Positions 53,356 to 64,000 of a stretch of DNA of 64,000 nucleotides are shown in pieces (positions within the stretch are counted from its first letter, which is position 1; each line of letters opens with the position of its first letter). Below the pieces are notes generated by a model. That model was given only the letters and a program-made list of their open reading frames with translations, did not search any database and had not been told where the DNA came from. This stretch comes from Octopus sinensis (taxonomy: Eukaryota): positions 82,336,001-82,400,000 of the forward strand of contig NC_043005.1 in the NCBI RefSeq assembly GCF_006345805.1, in the 5' to 3' direction. A program made the translations under genes and the position numbers.

Positions 53356-53580
53356 TTGGGTTGTCCGGAAATGTCGTGCCGATTTATAGTAGCTTACCTT
53401 TCGACTTACCCTCCCAGGCACTTCAGTTCTGGGAAAAGGGTATTTTCAAGTTAAAAGAAAGATAGAGACGCATTGTGCAACAAAATGGTTCATATTTTGT
53501 TGATTAAAAATGTAATGGCAAGTATTTATTGACCTCTTCCTTTCCTATAAAAATCGGCACGAACTGTCCGGACAACCCAG
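53356..53580. mobile_element. 225-bp mariner-derived MITE
   Basis: About 29-bp TIR TTGGGTTGTCCGGAAATGTCGTGCCGATTT / AAATCGGCACGAACTGTCCGGACAACCCAG with TA flanks. The interior reads GIFKLKER*RRIVQQNGSYFVD*. Confidence 0.88.
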
Positions 53581-55037
53581 TATATAAAGGGACTATGATT
53601 TGGTGTGATATATTTGTAGGCTTTTCCGTTTATCTATGTCCTATAATAGAATTATTTGATATAGCATTATTATACATAATATTTAATATCATCATTTTTT
53701 TGTCTATGGTCTATAATATAAGTCGATAAATGTTAGGAACAAAACTAGTCAGCCATGCTAATTTTTTGTCCGTAATTTTAGCAAATAAAATAAACATACA
53801 TTTATCACCAAATAAAAGGACAGCAAATTTTCAAGAATATCTACATTGCTGAACCACAAACCTTTTAAGTTTTAATGCCTTGTCACATTTCAAGGCAGTG
53901 AGCCCAACACAACACGCCGAGCATCTCGTTCGTCTTTGTGTTCTAAGTTCAAATTCCGCCAAGGCCGCATTTACCTTACATACTTTCGAGATCGATAAAC
54001 GAAGGACCAGCTGAGAACTGGGGTCGCTGTAATCGACTTACACCTACCCTAAACCTGCTGATCTCATGCCAAATTTGAAAATAATATCACACTACATTCA
54101 ATCATACGTACTTAGTAAACTACGCGACGTATAGAATATTACTCACAACATTATTCTCCATAATATATTAGATGCTATAGAAAGCTCAATAACATGTAGT
54201 TTTCTGTAAAACAATATCAGTGTTCATTAACAAAAGAAATCAATATTTTGGATACAAAGAGAATTTTTACTTTGCTGAAGCTAAAAAAATCTATATTAAT
54301 ATTTCCTACTCGGGTTATAGAAATTATCTTAAGTTCACGTACTTCGATATTTATTTTTCAACAAAGCAGCTTACTTTGGTACGTGCCTCTATGTCTAGAC
54401 CAGGAATAACATATGATATTAAATGGAAATTGCGTATTGAATAGAGGCGTCTGTAAGATATTCACAATGGAAGTGTCGTGTCCGTTAATGAGGGTAAGTA
54501 CGTTCCGTTTAAATACATCAACGATGTTGCTTGAGGTGTTTACACCCAGATGTATTTTGCGCTACTCGTTTCTTGAATAACTCAGTCTCTACATTCATGG
54601 GTTGTTTGTGCAACAATCACAATTACTTCACCCTTGTAACTATTGTAACGCATTTATCTGGGTAATTGTCTGCATAAAATAAGGGTTAAATCCTATTTTA
54701 AATAAGAAAAGGAAAATGAAGTGTTGTATTCATAACGGTAGAGAACCGTGAAGATCACGGCGTGGACTAATTTGTTCTCATGACATGTCGCGAAGGGCTG
54801 ACTCATAATGAAAGATCAAACACAATTTCGACTCCTAAAACTGGGGAGTCTCTTCGTGGTCTCTATGTGACAAAAATAGCAGGCATATATAACTCAATGC
54901 GCTCATACTACTGGTATATGCACGCGGCAGACAAGGAATAAATGCACGTATTTGAAGTTATTTTAGGTAGTAACAGAAAAGGGATAAATACATAATTACG
55001 CAACTATATCGGATTATATAGAAAAAAGGTTTATAAG

Positions 55038-55080
<43 letters not shown>

Positions 55081-56273
55081 AGTGTGTATAGACATGCATG
55101 TATGAGTCCTGAAAAACGTTTCTGTAATAGAGGAGAACTAGGTAATTATGATTTTAGTCAACATATCCCTTCTCAGATTCACACACCTGTTGTAGCGGGG
55201 TCCTTCAGTTTTTATAAACTCTGTAAAAGAACTCAGAAATTTACGCCTACAATCATGCTTTCCGGGATACTCTTAAAGCCAGCAATGTTTCATCTCATCG
55301 TCGTATATATATAGACGTCTAGATAACAAAAAAAAACTATATACACGGAAAAATACATAAAGGAAGGAAGAAAACGGGAAAATGAGAAAATAGACCAATG
55401 TAGCCAAAAAAGACGGTATGGTCACAAAAGAACACATTTCATGAATAGTCTTATTGATCAGAATCGATACGCATGCAAACGAAAACTGTGACCGTTCGCA
55501 TATTATTATGTAAGATGCAGGGAGAGTAATAGTAACTGAAATTATTATGTAAGCTGCAGAGAAGAGAAATAGTAACTGAAATTAAAAGAAAAATAAATCC
55601 AACAATTTTAAACATATTTCAGTATAAGTGAATCTTTAAGTGAAGTACTACTTTGTGAGTACGTGATGCATTTAAGCACCAATGTTACTTAAAATAGGAC
55701 CGAACGATATGCGTTACTTAATGAAATACTGAATGCATTAATTGCATTAAGTAGAAAAAAATAACATCATTTCTACACGGTGTATTATACTTCAATCATC
55801 AGTGAAATTGTAATCATTTCTACTGGGGATATAATAACGCTCAGATATTTTCTTGACAATGATAATTATTGCACTTAACAACTAAAAAACGTGTAACAAA
55901 ACGTATTGATGTTTGACTAATACACTTGGCTATTACAGACCAGAAATAAAATACCGTCCTTTCATCATCATTTTGTTGATGATTATAAAAGACAGGCTGT
56001 AAATTATTGATAGCAATTAAGAATTAATTACATGTACTGCTCTCATACCCGATCTGTGAATGCATATGCCGTTAAAACTAATGCTTACACACTGACACGG
56101 AAGTATACAGCCACACACATATACACACATATGTTATATATGTCCATGTCATATATGTCATGTATGTGTATGTATACGTGTGTGTACATATATATATATA
56201 TATATACACACATTCAAACACACACACACACACACATATATATATGCACATGCGTGTGTATATGTATATATAT

Positions 56274-56316
<43 letters not shown>

Positions 56317-56974
56317 AGCGTGTGTGCTTGTGTATGTATGTGTGTACAACCACACACACATATAAGCACATACGTTATATACATCCATGTCATATATTTC
56401 ATGTATGTGTGTATGCATATGTGTATGTATATATACATATATATAAGTATGCACACACACATATGTATATATATGTACATTCGTGTGTATATGTATATAT
56501 GTTCATATATATGTGTGTGTATGTGTGTGTCTGCGTATATATACGCACGCGCACACACAAAAACAGACACGCACACACACACATCTATAATTAATAGCGA
56601 CAAAAACAGTGTTAATACCAAAGGGCAATCTTTATATAAAACTTAACATGAATGTTATATTCGAACACCGAGCACTGCATTATTGATTTTGGCAAGACCT
56701 CTCTTATAGACGCATGGTCCATAAAAGCACTCATATTTATAACGTTGGCATACGATAACCGTCTTTTACGGACTCCGGAATTACAAGCTCACGTGATTTC
56801 CCCCCACTCATGTTCATCAGTTAGTTACAGGCGTGCGGTAGGCATATAAGAGCCGAATCCCGCTGTTAAATGTATATAGATTTTCGGTGGCTTTTCTGGT
56901 ACTGATATCGGATATAGACAATACGCTTATTTAAAATAATTGATAGATAGTGCCTTATTAATTAACATACTCAC

Positions 56975-57034
56975 CTGTTCGATCTGAACTCATTTACTTA
57001 TATTTTCTAAAGTTTTCTTTATGTCTTGCAACTT
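56975..57034 (-). CDS. Candidate 60-nt exon containing a possible start codon (ATG 56993; MSSDRT)
   Basis: Strong acceptor CTCACTTCTTCCCGTCTATTGCAG and strong donor CAG|GTGAGT. All three frames are closed upstream of the ATG. Confidence 0.3.
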
Positions 57035-57266
57035 CTGCAATAGACGGGAAGAAGTGAGTGTGTTACGTAATAAGGTACTAAAAGAGAACGACTCTCCCCA
57101 GACACACTACAATATGCTTCAATACGCGAATTCACATAAAGAATCTTGTAAACCATATACAGAAATGAAATATATATATATATATATATGTATATATATG
57201 TATATATGTGTATGTATATATATATGTATATATGTGTATGTATATATATATGTATATATGTGTATG

Positions 57267-57303
<37 letters not shown>

Positions 57304-57419
57304 AAAAGCAATTAAGATTCAAGTCGATTCTAATAAATTCACTTGAATGCGGTACTTAACTTAGATGCACCAGAAAAATATATGGTGTTAACCAATACAG
57401 TAGTGTGGGGTGATTATAA

Positions 57420-57477
57420 ACGAGAAAAGAAGCAACAAGACTAAAAACTAATCCATTCTTGTTGCTTCTTTTCTCGT
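57420..57477. repeat. Perfect 21-bp inverted repeat, 16-nt loop
   Basis: ACGAGAAAAGAAGCAACAAGA / TCTTGTTGCTTCTTTTCTCGT. Confidence 0.9.
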
Positions 57478-57583
57478 ATATATATATTGTATATATGTGT
57501 ATGTATATATATATATTATATATATAGATATATATATATATATATAATATATATATATATGTATGTATATATATATATATATG

Positions 57584-57632
<49 letters not shown>

Positions 57633-57697
57633 ATGTATATATATATGTATGTATATATTATTATATATATATGTGTGTTATGTTATATTATGTATTG

Positions 57698-57728
<31 letters not shown>

Positions 57729-58332
57729 AGTATATATATATGTATGTATATATATATATATATATATATGTGTGTATGTATATATATATGTATGTATATA
57801 TATATATATATGTGTGTATGTATATATATATATATATGTGTATGTATATATATATATATATGTGTATGTATATATATATATATATATGTGTATGTATATA
57901 TATATATATATGTGTATGTATATATATATATATATGTGTATGTATATATATATATATATGTGTATGTACATAATATATATATGTGTATGTATATATATTA
58001 TAATATGTATGTATATATATATATATATATATGTATGTATATATATATATAGTGTATGTATATATATATATATATATATGTGTGTATGTATATATATATA
58101 TATATATGTGTGTATGTATATATATATATATATATGTGTGTGTGTATGTATTATATATATATATATAATGTGTGGTGTATCTATATATATATATATATAT
58201 ATATGTGTATGTATTATATATATATATATATATATATGGTATGTTATATATTATATATATATAATGGTGTAGTATATATATATATATATGTGTATATGTG
58301 TGTGTATATATTATATATATATATATATCTAT

Positions 58333-58646
58333 ATCACCGTGAACACCGTGACCGACCAGGCTATCAGATGCTGGTACACATCGCTGGTCACAATGCGCTT
58401 TTGCATTGTTTTAGCCTTCAAATGACGCCACCCCGCTGGCTAAGCGAGCAGGCCAACAGAAGAAAGAGTGAGAGAAAGATGGCTCGAAAGAGTACAGCAG
58501 GAATCGCCACATCCCCCTGCCGGAACTTCGTGGAGCTTTAGGTGTTTTCGCTCAATAAACACTCACAATGCCCGGTCTGCGAATCGAAACCGCGATCCTA
58601 CGACCGCGAGTCTGCTACCCTAAACACTAGGCCATTGCACCTCCAC
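58333..58646 (-). mobile_element. Full-length tRNA-Arg-like-derived SINE
   Basis: Minus-strand head GTGGAGGTGCAATGGCCTAGTGTTTAGGGTAGCAGACTCGCGGTCGTAGGATCGCGGTTTCGATTCG (TCG in the anticodon position) and tail (TCACGGTG)x2. Confidence 0.8.
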
Positions 58647-58794
58647 ATGTATATATATATATATAATATGTATATATATGTATATATGTCAACAATTGAG
58701 GGTAAATTAATAATTAATCAATTTCACCAAGTATTCAGTATGCAAGGGACCATTAAGGCGAATTCAAATTATACATTATATAAAAGGCGTAGGA

Positions 58795-59189
58795 AAATAA
58801 ATTACTTTGCCGCATACTGAACTCATAGAAATAGCAGCTAAAAAACTTTTTTAAACTATTTCTAATACTTAAAGAAAACCTCTCTTATAAGTGTTTGCTC
58901 AATTCAACTCACGAAAATATGGGGGTAGAGACATTAAAAATCAAGTGCAAAGGTTTCAAATCCAAACCAGGGGTTCTGAGCTGATGATAGAAAATATCGA
59001 GTTTGAATCTTGAAACGTACGTTCTCAATAACCTTTGCACTTGATTTTTAATGTCTCTACCCCATCTTTCGTGAGTTGAATTGAGCAAACACTATATGAG
59101 AGAGGTTTTCTTTAAGTATAGAAATAGTTTAAAAAAGTTTTTTTAGCTGCTATTTCTAATGATTCAGTATGCGGCAAAGTAATTTATTT
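58795..59189. mobile_element. Large palindrome (about 160-bp arms) with hammerhead at the axis
   Basis: 58795-58955 is the reverse complement of 59030-59189 apart from a few substitutions and small indels. Confidence 0.9.
58977..59027 (+). ncRNA. Minimal type I hammerhead ribozyme motif
   Basis: Stem I TGAG/CTCA, canonical CTGATGA, weak stem II AGA/TCT, GAAAC-GTAC-GTT within the 10-bp palindrome AACGTACGTT. Confidence 0.6.
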
Positions 59190-59767
59190 ACTAAGCCCTT
59201 TATATATATGTATATTATTTATATGTATATATATATATATATGTATATTTATGTATATATATGTATATATATGTGTATGTATATATGTATATATATGTAT
59301 ATGTGTATGTATATATGTATATATATATGTATATGTATATATATATGTGTATATGTATATGTATATATGTGTATATGTATATATGTATGTATATATATGT
59401 ATATATATGTATATGTATATATGTGTATATGTATATATGTATATATGTATATATATATGTATATATATATACACACATATGTATTATATATATATATATA
59501 CATACATACACACACACACACATATATATATTGGGGGCTTCGAATGTCCTGTCTGTGTTTGTTGTATCGTCTTCTAAGTTTTTATGCGTTCTTGTCTCAG
59601 TTTGTATTTCTCTACATATCATAATATATATACACATATGTATATATATATATGTGTGTGTGTGTGTGTGCGTATGCGCGTGTGTTTGTGTGTGTGTATA
59701 GATGTATAATGCGTATATATACATAAATAAATGGAGTTAAACGCCGGTGTTATTCAAATTCCTTTAC

Positions 59768-59852
59768 TTCTGACACATGTTTCGAAGATATTACTGGTAT
59801 TATTTCAAAGGAATAAAATTATGTAATACAATGTAATCTTGTATTCAGGGAA
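59768..59852 (-). ncRNA. Degenerate hammerhead-like motif
   Basis: CTGAATA (G8U), stem II AAGAT/ATCTT, CGAAAC-ATGT-GTC, stem I with a first-pair mismatch. Confidence 0.3.
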
Positions 59853-60215
59853 ATGAGGAAATGAAACTCGTCAATAAGACATTTTAACAGTAAATAATGG
59901 ATACGTATATTGATTGTCTTGTTTTCCACCGCTGCACTTGGATATACACGCAATCAACCATAACAAAACGATTACGATAACAGATCAAATATAACATGTA
60001 AAATCCTACATGATCTCGAGGTACGGACTGAAATATTCGTGTGATGTTTTATAAACAGGTCTGGAATAATCTGCTACGCGTACTGCATACGAGCAGCCTT
60101 ATGTTTTATAAATAGATGCAAATCAACGACCATATATAACACAAGAGAATTGTTCTTACACAAATACATATGTATATATATATACATATATATCTTTGTG
60201 TGGTGTGTCTGTACC

Positions 60216-60269
<54 letters not shown>

Positions 60270-61133
60270 TATATATAGATATATTTATATATATATCTTT
60301 AAATTTTTTTAATATTTTAGCCCTAAGGCCGCGGCCATGCTGGGGCACCATGATAGAAGAGAGAGGTGTTATGCATGTGCATATTTGTGTGTAAGTATGT
60401 ATATATGCATATCGTAAAACAACACACCAACAATACAGATCAGGAAACTCATGCTGAAAACTTTAATGATATTTTTTTCGTTTATGTGTAGATAGTACGA
60501 AAGTTTACATTGCCTCAGTTTCACTAACCGTAAGAGAATAATGCATTCTTGTTTTTAAGAAATATACTTGCTATTGCCACGAGCGACAGCTAACGACGAC
60601 TGCAATATTATGTAGAAAATCTTAAGTTTATATCAATATTCGCTAAAGTTAATTCAACTATCCAGTATAGATGAATGTGATTGCCGTTGCTTTCCTATAA
60701 TTCTGAACTACATTAACGGTAGGTGTGAACGGATATATAGACCTCATAACTGAATATTTTGTTTTTTTCGAAATGCAATTATGATAGAATTCTCAAAGGC
60801 GACATTTTCAATGCTCCTAAATTTGATTTCGTTTGCAAATAATACGTATTGTACAACAATTTGCAGTCATTTCGATTTCAATATTTCTAAGGCTATTCGA
60901 AGAAAAAGTTTGACAACAATCGTGGTATAAATATATACATAAGCACATAAACATTATGCTTCCATATATGTAGATAGTAGATATATACGTGTGTGAGATA
61001 AAGTGTATGTATGTTTGTGAGTGTGATTGCATTTATGTAAGAACATATCTAAATCTATATGTCACCTCTATATACATACTTGGTTGCATACACACACAAC
61101 ACACACACATGTGTGTGTATGTATATATGTATA

Positions 61134-61177
<44 letters not shown>

Positions 61178-61296
61178 TATAAACATACGTATATACATAT
61201 ATGTATATATAAACATACGTATATACATATATGTATATATAAACATACGTACATACATATATGTAATATATACATATATAATGTATGCATACACAC

Positions 61297-61329
<33 letters not shown>

Positions 61330-62070
61330 GTATATATAATATATATATGTATATATATATTGTATATATATATATACATGTAATATATATATTTATATAT
61401 ATATAATTGCTGTGATGCAAAGGTGTCGTAAGTCCAAACGTTTGCACTAAAAGTTGGCAATTTTTTATATCTTGGCATTTCAAGCAGCTGGAGATACGAT
61501 AGTTTGACCAAAAGAATAGACTTCTGCAAGCAAAATTAGATATTGAAAAAAATTCTTTTGGCCATATTTGGACATACGACAGTTTAGCATAATATATTAA
61601 GGATATACATACACAAACACACACAAAATATTGATTCAAAAGGAATTATATCGCATATTACAAATTCTGCGTAGAAGCAAATATGTGTACCAAGTGTTGG
61701 TTTCACTTGTTGCAAAATCTATGTGTCATTTGAATATTCTGCTAAGAAACTAGCTCTCACGTGCCTCAGACAATGGCTATAGTGACAACTGTATACCGAA
61801 TAAAGCTGGAAGAGGATTGAATCGACCTCCAATATTTGCTAAGGTGTGATTTCTAAGGTTGGATGCCCATCCTCACGCCAGTCATGTTACGAAGTGTCGT
61901 GCGTGCCCTTTTTCCGTGGGACCAGTTCTAATGAGGTCATTAAGTACTTGCAAGATGAGATTTCTCAACTGAATGGTTATAGATTTGCAGGAAGTAAAAG
62001 TATGTTGGGGAGACGGAAGAGGTGCCATACTGAAGAGGATAACGCTGGCCATTCCCAGCTCTAGGGGAAG

Positions 62071-62127
<57 letters not shown>

Positions 62128-62183
62128 GCGATAGTGAGTGTTTGTCTCCAATATCCTAAGACTGCGTGTGTATATATATATAC

Positions 62184-62215
<32 letters not shown>

Positions 62216-62426
62216 CATATGTATGGGTGTACGGACAATACCGCACTGTCTCGGTGCCTCAACTTAAGTACCTAAATCAACTAAATCTTAATTATATATA
62301 TATATACAATAAGTTATTTTAATGTATTGAAATATTTGATAACATTATGAATTATTAATTAATTGATTGATTAATTATTTATATCCTTTTATTATTATTG
62401 TTATTGGAATATATATATACAATACA

Positions 62427-62461
<35 letters not shown>

Positions 62462-62572
62462 CTATATATATATATACATACATATATAATATACATAACA
62501 TACTATATACATACTATATATATATATATATCATACATACATACATATATTATATATATATATATATATATA

Positions 62573-63573
62573 CATTTGCGGCCAAAATGTTCAGAACGAC
62601 ATTGTTTTCGTCAGAAAAGTAGATATACGTTTTTATCAAAATTGTTTTATATTCTATAATTTTCACAGACAATAAATACAATATTAATTGTTATTGTCTG
62701 AGATTTTGGTGTAATTTGAGAGGATAATACAATAGTTATTACCTTTTCCCATCTGAGCCAAATAGCATAAACTTAGATTCATCACTGAAATGCACCGTTT
62801 GCCATTTTTCTTGAGACCACAACACATGTTCGGTTGCAAAGGTAAGACGACACTTTTTATTCTTGGAGTTGATCAGTGGCTTCACTGCAGGTGCTCTTGC
62901 TTGTAGGTTATGTTCAACTAAACGATGAGACAGTTTTTCGAGATAAAGTTTTCTTCAATACAATCTTCATTTTCCGAGAAACAGCAGCAGCAGTTTTAAA
63001 TCTGTCCTTTTTAACCAACTTTACCATAGCATGATCTTCTCTCTTGGTCGTTTTTCTTGGCCTACCTGTAAACTTTCTTGCTTCATACGAACCGCAATCA
63101 TCGTAGACCTTAAGAATACCGTGTACAACACTTTTTGTCTTGTTAACAATCTTTGCAATAGATCCAATACTTAAATTATCCTTCCTTCGAAGCTTAATAA
63201 TCTGCTGGCGAATTGGTAACGGAGTAAGTGGCATTATATTAACAAAGTACACTGCAAATATTCTTATTAATTTTTAGTAAACGAACCGTCACGTAAACAA
63301 ATTCAAAACATTAGAGTTTGCCGGTTAAATATACTAAAACACGGAGTAAAAGCAACCGTTCTGATCATTTTGGCCGCCATGGGTTTTGCAGTAAATCACT
63401 AAATCATCCATAACTTTTGTATTATCCTCTCAAATTACATCAAACTCTCAGGCAATAACAAATAATATCGTATTCATCCCCTGTGAAAATTATAGAATAT
63501 AAAACAACTTTGATAAAAAATTATATCTACTTTTCTGACGAAAACAATGTCGTTCTGAACATTTTGGCCGCAA

Positions 63574-63576
<3 letters not shown>
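62573..63576 (-). mobile_element. Internally deleted Tc1-like element with long (about 165 bp) IR/DR-type TIRs
   Basis: CA(C/T)TTGCGGCCAAAATGTTCAGAACG termini with TA flanks. Inner direct repeat GCGGCCAAAATGATCAGAACG (minus strand, about 63357-63377). Confidence 0.95.
62740..63234 (-). pseudogene. Tc1 transposase N-terminal half
   Basis: MPLTPLPIRQQIIKL..GRPRKTTKRED.. is open for about 106 codons. After a frameshift it reads HFSDESKFMLFGSDGKR, fused to the TIR; the rest of the DDE core is deleted. Confidence 0.9.
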
Positions 63577-63618
<42 letters not shown>

Positions 63619-64000
63619 CAGAGAGAGAGAGAGGGAAATAGAAGTTGAAATGTACTGAGAATAATTAGAATAATTTTTATTAGAATATTTGAAGCTTTAA
63701 CCAGTTTCACGGTTTATACTCATTGTCAAAAAGTTCAAATAGAAATACGTGGCTTATGTCACAGTTGTCTTGCTTCTAACTAGTACTTGGAGTTCGCCCA
63801 GTTGTTATTGGGAGTTCATGGCTCAAATTTGTATATATTTTGAATAAGATTTGGCTGGTAGTGGATAGTTCAATCTCGTGGCTATCCTTTACCAATCAAA
63901 ACCTATTCAAAACATATATTAATTTGCGTTATGAACTCCCTATAAAAAACAGGGAAAACTTCAAACACCAGTCAGAAGCAAGACAGCTGCGACATAAGCC

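Noticed and set aside
56780-56826. Minus-strand CTGATGA..GAAATCACGTGA
   Set aside because: Lacks the U16.1/NUH cleavage site and stem I pairing.
58560-58646. tRNA-Arg gene
   Set aside because: The acceptor stem does not close and the sequence runs into a SINE body also found at 25255; it is a SINE head.

Overview
AT-rich, microsatellite-dense eukaryotic DNA. The tRNA-derived SINE families and repeat landscape point to an octopus or related cephalopod (inference). No host protein-coding gene is recognisable. Nearly all long ORFs in the track are translations of (TA)n, (TG)n, (TATG)n or (TAA)n repeats. The window looks intronic or intergenic and has one 100-N gap (41753-41852). Mobile elements: two near-full-length defective D,D34D mariners (33037-34302, 42642-43891), a deleted IR/DR Tc1 (62573-63576), several mariner/maT/hAT fragments and MITEs, an R4/Dong-type LINE remnant, two non-autonomous Helitrons, remnants of two different Penelope-like elements (PLEs, GIY-YIG), and many SINEs, some inserted as TSD-flanked dimers. 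The most striking recurring signal is a set of minimal type I hammerhead-ribozyme (HHR) motifs from unrelated sequence families. Three of them lie at the axis of inverted duplications (12.5 kb, 20.4 kb, 58.9 kb), and one of these palindromic units is flanked by an 11-bp direct repeat. Also notable are a textbook-looking recursive splice site with a 52-nt cryptic exon (30976-31027, +) and a speculative phase-compatible minus-strand exon chain. All calls are by eye; no database searches or folding were run.
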